From Alistipes sp. (lineage in GTDB: Bacteria; Bacteroidota; Bacteroidia; Bacteroidales; Rikenellaceae), in assembly GCA_017630245.1 (NCBI GenBank), contig JAGBVQ010000151.1, positions 1 to 40,582 on the forward strand: a stretch of 40,582 nucleotides of DNA. The letters run 5' to 3'. This document shows, in pieces, positions 29,366 to 38,327 of the stretch. Below the pieces are notes generated by a model. It was not told where the DNA came from and ran no database searches. It worked only from the letters and a program-made list of their open reading frames with translations. Each line of letters opens with the position of its first letter. The first letter of the stretch is position 1. The position numbers and the translations under genes were made by a program.

Positions 29366-30970
29366 ATGAATATGAAAAAATATATTTTAGCACTGTTTTT
29401 GGCTCCGGTACTTGGTCTTACGATTTCGTCTTGCTCATTGGAGGAGAAATCGGAGTACTTTGTTGGGCCGGACCAGTATTACGATACTGTTTCGCAATGT
29501 CGTATTGCTGTAAACAGTACCTATCACTATTTGAAGACAATCTACGAGTTCCGCCACTTTACAGTTACGGAGGCGCATACCGACCTTATCTATGAGGCTG
29601 CACCGACCGTTCCGATGGCGGGTTTGGAGCTCTCGCCTGCACAGCCCGGATTTGCTGAGACTCTCTGGCTCTATTGCTACAAGACAATTATGTGGGCTAA
29701 CGGAATTCTGGAGCATCTGCCTTCGTCGCCCATCGAGGATTGGGATAAGCTCAACTTTATGCAGGAGACAGCTACGATGCGAGCATTCTACTACTATTTG
29801 CTTACTTCGCATTTCGGCGATGTTCCCTTCTACACCGAGGAGGTGGCTACTCAGGAGGATATGGATCGTATCGCTCGCTATCCCCGTATGTCGGCTGTAG
29901 CAACTCGTGCGTATCTTATCGAAGAGCTGAATGGCTACCTTGCTCAGATGAAGGATGCTGATACAAATCAGAGCAATGAGACCAAGTTCTTTGTTCGCAC
30001 CTCGGAGATTAAGGAGAATCGCGCAGGTGCACCTATGGCATTGATGCTTGTGGCAAAGATGGCTATGTGGAACGCTGCGAAGGATACAGAGAACGCTCCT
30101 GAGTATTGGTACGATATCGCTCTTACCGCTCTGAAAGATTTGGAGGGTATCTACGGCTCGTTGGCGCAGTACCCATTGGAGGAGATTATGTTCCGCTACA
30201 AGAACACTCCTGAGTCAATCTTCGAGATTCAACACACCTACACTTCGGGTGCATTGACCTATGTGTCTAACTTGGCAGCAGTATGTACTCCTTACAAGAC
30301 TATTGTCGAGAAGGATGCCGAGGGTAACTGTACAGTTGCTACTTACGATGGTCTGACTGTTCCCGAACTCGGTGTTGATGCTACAACGTGGACACCTGCT
30401 CGCCCGAATCTCTATTTCAGCGCAGGTTTGCAGCTCTACAAGGGTCCTGATCAGCGTGCTGAGATCAATATGGCTTGGCGCTATCCGGCAAATGACTCAG
30501 GAACGGAGTTTAAGTCGGTGAATACCCGCCCGTGGTTAGGTCCGAAGTTCTGGTGTCCGAATATGTACACTACAAACGATTCGAATAACTACAAGGTGTT
30601 CCGTTATGCAGATGCTTTGTTGATGATGGCTGAGTGCTATTGCGCAAAGCAGGATCAGGCAAACTTCCTGAAGTATCTGAATATGACTCGTAATCGTGCA
30701 GGATTGGGCGACTATACCTTCCGCAATTGGGAGAAGGCTCTGGCCGAGATTCAGAATGAGCGTGCACGCGAGCTCTTCGGTGAGTTCCAGCGTAAGTTTG
30801 ACCTCGTTCGTTGGGGCATCTGGTATCAGCGTACCAAGGAGTTCAACGACTACGATGAGGTGCAGCTCAATATTCGTCCTTGCCACGAGTATCTGCCTAT
30901 CCCTGCAAAACAGGTTGGATATTCGAAGAATGCTCTCGACAACAAGGAGTACAACAAGTATGGTATGTAA
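29366..30970 (+). CDS. susD: SusD/RagB family surface binding lipoprotein
   Basis: Lipobox ISS-C; RAFYYY...FGDVP, ESIFEI, FRYADALLMMAE, ERARELFGEFQRKFDLVRWG, LPIP. Confidence 0.95.
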   Translation: MNMKKYILALFLAPVLGLTISSCSLEEKSEYFVGPDQYYDTVSQCRIAVNSTYHYLKTIYEFRHFTVTEAHTDLIYEAAPTVPMAGLELSPAQPGFAETLWLYCYKTIMWANGILEHLPSSPIEDWDKLNFMQETATMRAFYYYLLTSHFGDVPFYTEEVATQEDMDRIARYPRMSAVATRAYLIEELNGYLAQMKDADTNQSNETKFFVRTSEIKENRAGAPMALMLVAKMAMWNAAKDTENAPEYWYDIALTALKDLEGIYGSLAQYPLEEIMFRYKNTPESIFEIQHTYTSGALTYVSNLAAVCTPYKTIVEKDAEGNCTVATYDGLTVPELGVDATTWTPARPNLYFSAGLQLYKGPDQRAEINMAWRYPANDSGTEFKSVNTRPWLGPKFWCPNMYTTNDSNNYKVFRYADALLMMAECYCAKQDQANFLKYLNMTRNRAGLGDYTFRNWEKALAEIQNERARELFGEFQRKFDLVRWGIWYQRTKEFNDYDEVQLNIRPCHEYLPIPAKQVGYSKNALDNKEYNKYGM

Positions 30971-30991
30971 CCTTAAAACAGCTAAGAGATT

Positions 30992-32041
30992 ATGAAAAAA
31001 ACAATATATAATTTAGTAAAACTCGCACTCGTTGCCCTTCTCGCGCTGCCCGTAGGTTCGTGCCAGAAGCCTTACGAGATGGATCTGCCGCTGGCAGTGA
31101 GCCGTGCGAATTTTACGGTAAAGAAGGATGCCGGAAAGGTCTTCTTTATTGTCTACTCGCAGCAAAATTGGACTGCAGAGTTTGACGCTCCCATCACCTG
31201 GGCCCGCCTTTCGCGTACGAGCGGCGATAATCAGACTCAGGTTAATGTGGAATATGACGAAAATACCGATCTCTCGCGCGGTGTGAATATCGTCATCCGT
31301 TCGGGTAACTTGACCCGCAAGGTCTACCTGAGCCAGAATGCCGGTATGTCGGGCGATATCGCCTATAACCCCGAGCAGCAGTCGATCAGTCTGCTCAAAG
31401 AGCCGTATGCAGTTGAGATTGCAGCACGCTCGAATGTTCCGGCTGCCAATATGGCTATCGCTGCAAGTTCGGTGAACTATGTAACCGAGGGCGAGGAGTG
31501 GATTCAGAATATTGTTGTTACCGACGAGAAGGTGACCTTCGATGTATTGGAGAATGCTTCGGGTGCGGTGCGTCAGGCAATCGTACAGATCAGCTTCCCC
31601 GTGGCTGCGTGGGATGAGCCTATTACAGCGATGATTGCTGTAACTCAGGGTGCAGCTCCCGCTGCGTTTGGCTCACTTCCCGAGTCGATTGCTGCTGATC
31701 CTAACGGAATCAACCAGCTCTCTATCGAGCTTTCGCCTAACTTTGCACCGTCGCTCTACGACTATCGTGCAGAGTACTCGATAAGCTATCCGGCTGATGG
31801 ACCGCAGGATTGGTTGAGAAATACAGATTTGGATGCCGATACCTTCAAGTTTACAGCCGCAGCAAAGCCCAATCCGGCAGAGATGCGTACTGCAACTATT
31901 ACATTCACGCTGAAGGATAAGGCTAACAATGTCTGCGATACTCGCGTGGTGACCGTAACTCAGGAGAAGTCTAATATGGGTGCAACCGATGGCGGTAACG
32001 ACAGCGGTGAGGAGCCTAAGGATCCCGAGGAGGATTTTTAA
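30992..32041 (+). CDS. BACON-repeat lipoprotein with acidic C-terminal tail
   Basis: Lipobox VGS-C; three W...N...R...V-x-Q repeats (W-ARLS..EN..SR..LSQ; WI..EN..VR..VTQ; WL..PN..MR..VTQ). Confidence 0.8.
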   Translation: MKKTIYNLVKLALVALLALPVGSCQKPYEMDLPLAVSRANFTVKKDAGKVFFIVYSQQNWTAEFDAPITWARLSRTSGDNQTQVNVEYDENTDLSRGVNIVIRSGNLTRKVYLSQNAGMSGDIAYNPEQQSISLLKEPYAVEIAARSNVPAANMAIAASSVNYVTEGEEWIQNIVVTDEKVTFDVLENASGAVRQAIVQISFPVAAWDEPITAMIAVTQGAAPAAFGSLPESIAADPNGINQLSIELSPNFAPSLYDYRAEYSISYPADGPQDWLRNTDLDADTFKFTAAAKPNPAEMRTATITFTLKDKANNVCDTRVVTVTQEKSNMGATDGGNDSGEEPKDPEEDF

Positions 32042-32056
32042 TCATTAAACGATTGA

Positions 32057-34267
32057 ATGGATATGAAGAAGTTATTATATATAATTCCGGCTATGGTTTT
32101 GGCAGCTTGTTCGACCGACTTTGCGGGCGATGAGCAGGGCCAGACCCCTTCGTTGGGAGGTCAGAAGACCGCAGTGGAGGCGGTCATTGATGGAGAGACA
32201 ATTGCCGATACGCGTAACTCGCTCGTTGATGAGGCCGGCAAGCGCTTTATCCTTTGGAGTGAGGGTGATGCTATCGGTATGAATGGTGTAACGAGTGGAG
32301 CTAACATCCAGGGTGTGCTGGACGAGGAGTCTGTGGGTAAGCAGAATGGTATCTTCTGGTACGCTAAGGAGTTCCTCGAGGGTGGCGTGTCGTACGCTTA
32401 TTATCCCTATAACGCCAGTGCGAAGATTGTCAATGGAAAACTTACTACCACTCTGACTTCGAAGCAGACCTACTTGACTGAGAGTATCTTTGCTCCGAAT
32501 GTGACCGTTATGGTCGGCAAGAGTGGAGCCGATGGTGTGCTGACATTTGTGAATAGCTGCTCGATTATCGAGATTCAGCTTAAGGGTACACAGCTCTTGA
32601 CCTACTTGGCGCTGCGCTCGATTGCAACTCCGATCGCAGGAACAGGTACCGTGCTGATTGATGCAGAGGAGCCTGCGTTTGTGCTGAATGGCGAGAACGA
32701 TAAGTTTGAGATCTCGCTCGATCTGGGCGAGGGTGGTGTGCAACTGAACGCTGACGAGGCAACCTCGTTCTACTTCGTGATTCCTCCGGGTACATATAGC
32801 GACCTGCAGGTTGTTACCGAGGCTGATGGCGAGAAGTTCGTTCGCTCGCTCACGAAGGCTCACACTATCAAGCCGCGTCACATCCTGCCCACTTCGGCCT
32901 TTACGCTCGAGCCGTTGAAGGCTTCGGAGTGCACTCCGCTGAATGAGGGTGTTCCTTCGAACTGCTATATGATTCCGGCAGATGTGCGTGGTAAGCACTC
33001 GTTCGAACTCAAGCACGTTAATGGCGAGGCAATCAAGGGTACACCCGCAAAGGTGGCTCTGCTGTGGGAGGATACCCCCAATACGGTTGGTAACGTACAT
33101 TTCGACAAGGAGAGTGGTAAGGTGCTCTTTACTACCAACGGCAGCGGTAATAATGGTAATGCGTTGATCTCTGTATTCGATGCAGATATGAATATCCTCT
33201 GGAGCTGGCATATCTGGGTTAGCGACGCTGAGGATCAGGTGTTCGGTGCTGCGAAGGATGTAACCATCCTCGACCGTAACCTTGGTGCGAAGTATGCTCC
33301 CAAGTCGGCTGCAGATGTGGCTGCGATGGATGGCTTTAAGGCTGCCGAGACAGCAGGTCTCTACTATCAGTGGGGTCGTAATACGCCGCTTCCGGCCCCG
33401 ATGACTATGGACTCTTACTACTCGACCAAAGACTTCTCGATCCAGAATAAGTGGGGTTACGAGACCAAGTCTTTCAATAGCAATACAGCAAAGGTCTATA
33501 TCAACAAAGATTTGGGTAAGGAGTTTAAGTTTGAGAATCGCTACTTTGATACAGCTTCGCAGACTATCGAGGCTGCAGCTGCAACTCCGATGGCGATGAT
33601 CCACGGTAATACGAACGGTTATATCCACACTTGGGCATCGGATCTGATCAAGGTTAATGTTGGTGGTGATGCTGCTCTGTGGACTACTAATGGTAAGGGT
33701 AATATGGATCCCTGCCCTGTAGGCTATCGTGTAGCCGGCTTTAGCGAGTTGTTGCACGCTTACCGTGACTATCAGAATAGCGGATCGTCGTACTATAAGT
33801 ATGCCCACTATTTGGTGGGTAGTGGTAAAGTTAATTCGGGTAACTCGGGTAACGACAACTATGGTGGTTACTATCAGGGCGCTGAGAGTAACAACAACTT
33901 TGTATGGCTGCCGCTATGTAGTGTGCGCATTAGCTATATGCGTAACGATAGCGGTGTGCCGTGTATACCTTCGAAGCGTTCGGAGCAGGGTGCATTGTAT
34001 AAGTGCGGCTTCTATGCTCACGATACTGCAGCGACTCTTACATCAGGTTGTTTCTATATGATCGGTATTCCAGATATCGCCTGGACACCCGCAACCGTTA
34101 TGGCAACTACAGGCTCTAACCGTACAGGCTGGGGTGTGGATGGAGTATATCTCCCGGCGCTCTATATGGCACAATCGGGTAACCCATACCGCTATACTCA
34201 TAGTAGTGGCGATCGCAGCTTGGCAGTGTCGGATGCAGTTCCCGTGCGTTGTGTCAAAATGCAATAA
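32057..34267 (+). CDS. Fimbrillin-like lipoprotein with C-terminal lectin-like domain (paralog of 16796..19324)
   Basis: Lipobox LAA-C; DTRNSL...WSEGDAIG, YAYYPY, FYFVIPPGTY; SNCYMI, WSWHIWVSD, LDRNLGA, YYQWGR, DPCPVGYRV, PVRCVK. Confidence 0.8.
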   Translation: MDMKKLLYIIPAMVLAACSTDFAGDEQGQTPSLGGQKTAVEAVIDGETIADTRNSLVDEAGKRFILWSEGDAIGMNGVTSGANIQGVLDEESVGKQNGIFWYAKEFLEGGVSYAYYPYNASAKIVNGKLTTTLTSKQTYLTESIFAPNVTVMVGKSGADGVLTFVNSCSIIEIQLKGTQLLTYLALRSIATPIAGTGTVLIDAEEPAFVLNGENDKFEISLDLGEGGVQLNADEATSFYFVIPPGTYSDLQVVTEADGEKFVRSLTKAHTIKPRHILPTSAFTLEPLKASECTPLNEGVPSNCYMIPADVRGKHSFELKHVNGEAIKGTPAKVALLWEDTPNTVGNVHFDKESGKVLFTTNGSGNNGNALISVFDADMNILWSWHIWVSDAEDQVFGAAKDVTILDRNLGAKYAPKSAADVAAMDGFKAAETAGLYYQWGRNTPLPAPMTMDSYYSTKDFSIQNKWGYETKSFNSNTAKVYINKDLGKEFKFENRYFDTASQTIEAAAATPMAMIHGNTNGYIHTWASDLIKVNVGGDAALWTTNGKGNMDPCPVGYRVAGFSELLHAYRDYQNSGSSYYKYAHYLVGSGKVNSGNSGNDNYGGYYQGAESNNNFVWLPLCSVRISYMRNDSGVPCIPSKRSEQGALYKCGFYAHDTAATLTSGCFYMIGIPDIAWTPATVMATTGSNRTGWGVDGVYLPALYMAQSGNPYRYTHSSGDRSLAVSDAVPVRCVKMQ

Positions 34268-34287
34268 CTCTCAAATGTTGATATTCT

Positions 34288-36648
34288 ATGAAAATGATTG
34301 ATATAAAGAAGGTTTTTAGATGTGGCGTGGTCGCTTTGGCGACCCTTGCCACCGCCTGCGTTGTCGAGGAGACAGTTCCTGTAACAGGAAGTGAACTCGG
34401 CGCCTTGCAGAAGGTCTACGAGGTGGAGTCCGTTGCCGATATGTTGCACGTTGATGTCTACTCGAATAATACCTATACCATCTCGCTTTTGAATGATGCT
34501 GATTGGGTATCGTTCCCTGCCACCTCGTCGGGCGATAAGGGCTTTGATGTAAGCTATACCGAGAATAATGCCACACACCGTCAGGCGATCCTGCGTCTGA
34601 GTGTCGAGCAGTTCAACCACTCCGATACGGTCTATATCCGTCAGAGAGGTTTGGCTGCGCAGTACCTTAAGATGGAGGATGCGGGCATCGTTGTGGCAGG
34701 TAGTGCTGCAGGCGAGTCTACAACAACTATTGATACCAATGTCGAGGCTGACCAGATTTCGGTTAAGGCTGTGAATCTTTCGGCCGGCGATGAGTGGATT
34801 AGCGATCTGCGTGTTGAGGAGCAGGGCGGAGAGGTTAAGCTCAGCTTCAACTACGCAGCGAACGATAGTGCCGATGCACTGCGTAAGGCTCGCGTTACGA
34901 TGTCGTATGTGGATGGTTGGAATAACCACGTATCCTACGACGTGATCGTTACCCAGCGCACGGGCGATGATAAGCTCGGCGTTGCAAAGAGCTTTGAGCA
35001 GGTGCGTGCTATGGCTGACGTGAAGGGTGTAGTGCTTGATGAGGATATCCTCATTGAGGGTATTGTTGTGAGCAACCGCGAGTCGGGTAATGCCGGCGAT
35101 AATACGCAGAATTCGCCCGCAACGATCGATTACTCAATTAGCGAGCGTACGATCTACCTCGAGTCTATGGATGGTAAGTATGGATTTATGCTCAAGACCG
35201 CAACCAAGGAGGATAACATCTTCTTGTTCGGCGATAAGGTTTCGTTCTCGTTGCGTGGAGCAAAACTCTTCCGCTCGAATCCCGTGATGTCGAAGATGCT
35301 GGGTGAGACTGCCCCCGACTATTATTGGTTCACCGACGTCACCTCGTCGATGGTGGTATCGCGTGTTGAGGGTGCTACCGTTCCCGTGAAGGAGCTCTCG
35401 ATCAACCAGCTTACCGATGCGGATATCTTTACTTACGTTAAGTTGCAGAATTGCGAGATCTCGATGCGTAAGGGTCCGCTGACCCCGATTAACGAGGGTT
35501 ATGCTAATGCTACCGGCGCGAACCGTACAGCAAAGCATGCGATTTTGCTGCACGATATGAATGGTGATGCGCTCTATGTCTACACCAATACAACTTGCCT
35601 CTACCGTCGTGATGGTAAGTGTTTGCCCTACGGTATCGGAACAATGTCGGGTGTAATAGTTCATGAGTTGTATACTCGTTTCGAGTACGCTGACAACGAT
35701 ACTGGCGATGAGGATACTTATGGCAATATTGGTCGCTACCAGATCCGCCACCAGTCGTATGAGGACTTCGGTATGGCTAAGGATTCGAAGGATGCACAGT
35801 CGAAAGTTCTGGCCGAGTGGAGCTACATCACCGATCAGTATCTCACCCTCTATCCCGCAACTGCCGGTGAGGATAAGAATGCAGTGATGGATCACACTTT
35901 CCGATATACTGATAACAACGCTTCGGATTCGCGCAGACATACTTGTGTGAACTTCGATGAGGATTTCTCGTACTTGGGCCCCATTGGAAATAATGCAGAG
36001 TTTATGTTCGGCAAGAATACGGGTAACCAGAATGGTCTGGGCGTAATCTTGGACGATGGTACTAACTGGATGGCTCCGGGCTATACGGGCTATCGTAGCG
36101 AGCAACTCGTAAATATCAATAACAACTCGAGCTCTCACGCCGGTAAGGGTCAGGTTCCGAGCGCTGTAGGTTCAGGCTGGAAGGTGTGGTACAACATCGA
36201 TGCTAAGGGCCATGCTCACAGCTTCCTCTTTACGGTTTCGACCAAGAGTGTGGATGCCGGCGATAAGCTCTATGCTGTAGCTTCGATGCAGAACTCTGTA
36301 ACCAGCGGCAACTTCGGTCTTCGTTATTGGTTTGCAGAGTACTCGCTGACCGATAATACAGGTCGTGGTGATGAGGCTGAGTGGGTTACAATGGAGCGTT
36401 TCTCGGTGCCCGACCGTATTCAGTGGACTCCCACATCGCAGCTCTTCCAGAGCTCGGGATATAAGCCTGTGTTTATAGAGTTGCCGGCGGAGGTGTTGGC
36501 AGGTAAGGATGAGGTGTATATCCGTCTGCGTCCTGATGTTAAGGCCGGCTTCGGTTCGTCTCTGGACTATATCAGCGAGGGTGCACACTCGTCGGCCTAT
36601 CTGTCGTGGACTTCGATGAACTATTTTGCAGTCCGCTACAATAAATAG
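34288..36648 (+). CDS. Lipoprotein with two BACON domains and a DUF5689-like region
   Basis: Lipobox ATA-C; two W..N..R..Q repeats, then IEGIVVS...GN, TIYLESMDGKYGF, TYVKLQNCE, G-x-MSGVIV. Confidence 0.7.
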   Translation: MKMIDIKKVFRCGVVALATLATACVVEETVPVTGSELGALQKVYEVESVADMLHVDVYSNNTYTISLLNDADWVSFPATSSGDKGFDVSYTENNATHRQAILRLSVEQFNHSDTVYIRQRGLAAQYLKMEDAGIVVAGSAAGESTTTIDTNVEADQISVKAVNLSAGDEWISDLRVEEQGGEVKLSFNYAANDSADALRKARVTMSYVDGWNNHVSYDVIVTQRTGDDKLGVAKSFEQVRAMADVKGVVLDEDILIEGIVVSNRESGNAGDNTQNSPATIDYSISERTIYLESMDGKYGFMLKTATKEDNIFLFGDKVSFSLRGAKLFRSNPVMSKMLGETAPDYYWFTDVTSSMVVSRVEGATVPVKELSINQLTDADIFTYVKLQNCEISMRKGPLTPINEGYANATGANRTAKHAILLHDMNGDALYVYTNTTCLYRRDGKCLPYGIGTMSGVIVHELYTRFEYADNDTGDEDTYGNIGRYQIRHQSYEDFGMAKDSKDAQSKVLAEWSYITDQYLTLYPATAGEDKNAVMDHTFRYTDNNASDSRRHTCVNFDEDFSYLGPIGNNAEFMFGKNTGNQNGLGVILDDGTNWMAPGYTGYRSEQLVNINNNSSSHAGKGQVPSAVGSGWKVWYNIDAKGHAHSFLFTVSTKSVDAGDKLYAVASMQNSVTSGNFGLRYWFAEYSLTDNTGRGDEAEWVTMERFSVPDRIQWTPTSQLFQSSGYKPVFIELPAEVLAGKDEVYIRLRPDVKAGFGSSLDYISEGAHSSAYLSWTSMNYFAVRYNK

Positions 36649-36711
36649 ATATCCTTTTACACACAAAAGTGGCTACCTCTGCGGGTGGTCGCAATGTAAA
36701 GAAATATAGCT

Positions 36712-38310
36712 ATGAAGCTACAATTTAAAACCCTATTGATGGCGGTGGTGCTGCTTGTGGCAGCACTCCCCGCCGCAACGGAGGCTAGGGCGCAGAAGGT
36801 CTGGAAATTTGAGGAGCTGCGTACAGAGGCGGCAAAGCGCGAGATTACTAACATTGACACCGATGTTCTGATCGAGGGATTTGTTATCAGTGATCCAACG
36901 AGCGAAAACCGAGAGCATAATGGTCAAGCCTTCTTTAACTCGACTTATAATGGCAATGCAAATGTTGTCTATTTCGAGTCTTTGGATGGTAAGTATGGAT
37001 TCCGTTGCTATCTCTCATCGTCAAAAGATGTTAAGAACTTTCCTCGTTATGCACGTATGATGCTTAACTTGAAGGGTACGAACATTAAGCGATTCGGCGC
37101 TGACCGATTCTCGATTAACAAGCTCTCCAGCAAGGCCATTGTGCGTCAGTTTGCGGGCAATGCTGCGGCGCTGCCTCGCAAGGAGCGTTATATCCACGAG
37201 CTGACTCCGGCGGATATGTACACCTATGTGACACTCAAGGATTGTGAGTTTGTCTTCAAGGATGGCTCCTTCTCTAACGTCTACGAGAACTATTCGCAGA
37301 GGTCGAGTATCAATAAGTTCGGTAACGGAATGATGGATGGCTGGGCTTCGCTCTTGTGCGATAAGTACGGCTCGAAGATCTATATGTATATGAATACCAA
37401 AGTGCCTTGGCGCCGCGATGGTAGCGGTGTTCCGCAGGGTGCAGGCGATATGAAGGGTGTGCTGGTATTTACCTTTATGCCGCGCTATGGTGTTAATGAT
37501 TTCTTCGGTACGGCTGCTATCCGTCCGATGACGCGCGAGGATATTGCAATGCCTGCGGAGCCCGAAAAATCTAACTATAAGAGTATCGCCGAGTGGAATT
37601 GGAGTGACAACTCGTTTACATTCAACACCGAGAAGGGCCAGCGTAAGGCAGTCTCGACAGAGCGCATTTTGGCTGATGTTGGTAGCGGTACGCTACACTC
37701 GATGGTCGGTGGTGAGGTTATTCGCGGTCGTGACTATAATAACCTGCGCATCACTGATGGTAAGGAGTATGGCTCGAAGGGCGATCGTGGAATGGTGCTG
37801 CGTGGCGCAATGCGCATTAAGACCCCGGCCTGCAGTTGGTGGGATTGGAAGAGCGATTGTGGCCGTGGTATCGAGCTTAACTTTTCGACCGAGGGTATCT
37901 CGGGCAATAAACTGATGGTTGCATTCTCGTTTGGTGCCGGCGAAATTAACGCTCAGACGTCGTACGATTTCCCCGTATATTGGGGTGTTGAATACTCGAC
38001 CGATGGTAAGAATTTCTACCGTATAGCAACCTCTCCCAAGGCGCTGCGTTCGGTGCCCTGGTGGTATGTGAATGATATCGGAGGGGTAACCTATCCCACC
38101 TCGGAAGAGGCTGGTCTGGGCTTTACGGAGCATAGAGTGCTTCTGCCTGCGGATGCCTTTGGCTGCAAGAATGTTACGGTGCGTATCGTTCCTATTGCAA
38201 AGAATGCAGCTACGCTTGCTACTCGCAATACCGATAAGGCGGCGCTGCGCCCCAATCTGATGACAGATACCTATGTAAGTTTCGGCTCGATAGTAGTGCG
38301 TTATAATTAA
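36712..38310 (+). CDS. DUF5689-like secreted protein (SPI paralog of 34288..36648 without BACON domains)
   Basis: Signal ending ARA-Q; IEGFVIS, YFESLDGKYGF, TYVTLKDCEF, RRDG..VPQG, terminal VRYN shared with the upstream paralog. Confidence 0.7.
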   Translation: MKLQFKTLLMAVVLLVAALPAATEARAQKVWKFEELRTEAAKREITNIDTDVLIEGFVISDPTSENREHNGQAFFNSTYNGNANVVYFESLDGKYGFRCYLSSSKDVKNFPRYARMMLNLKGTNIKRFGADRFSINKLSSKAIVRQFAGNAAALPRKERYIHELTPADMYTYVTLKDCEFVFKDGSFSNVYENYSQRSSINKFGNGMMDGWASLLCDKYGSKIYMYMNTKVPWRRDGSGVPQGAGDMKGVLVFTFMPRYGVNDFFGTAAIRPMTREDIAMPAEPEKSNYKSIAEWNWSDNSFTFNTEKGQRKAVSTERILADVGSGTLHSMVGGEVIRGRDYNNLRITDGKEYGSKGDRGMVLRGAMRIKTPACSWWDWKSDCGRGIELNFSTEGISGNKLMVAFSFGAGEINAQTSYDFPVYWGVEYSTDGKNFYRIATSPKALRSVPWWYVNDIGGVTYPTSEEAGLGFTEHRVLLPADAFGCKNVTVRIVPIAKNAATLATRNTDKAALRPNLMTDTYVSFGSIVVRYN

Positions 38311-38327
38311 AATGAGGAGTTGAAGTT

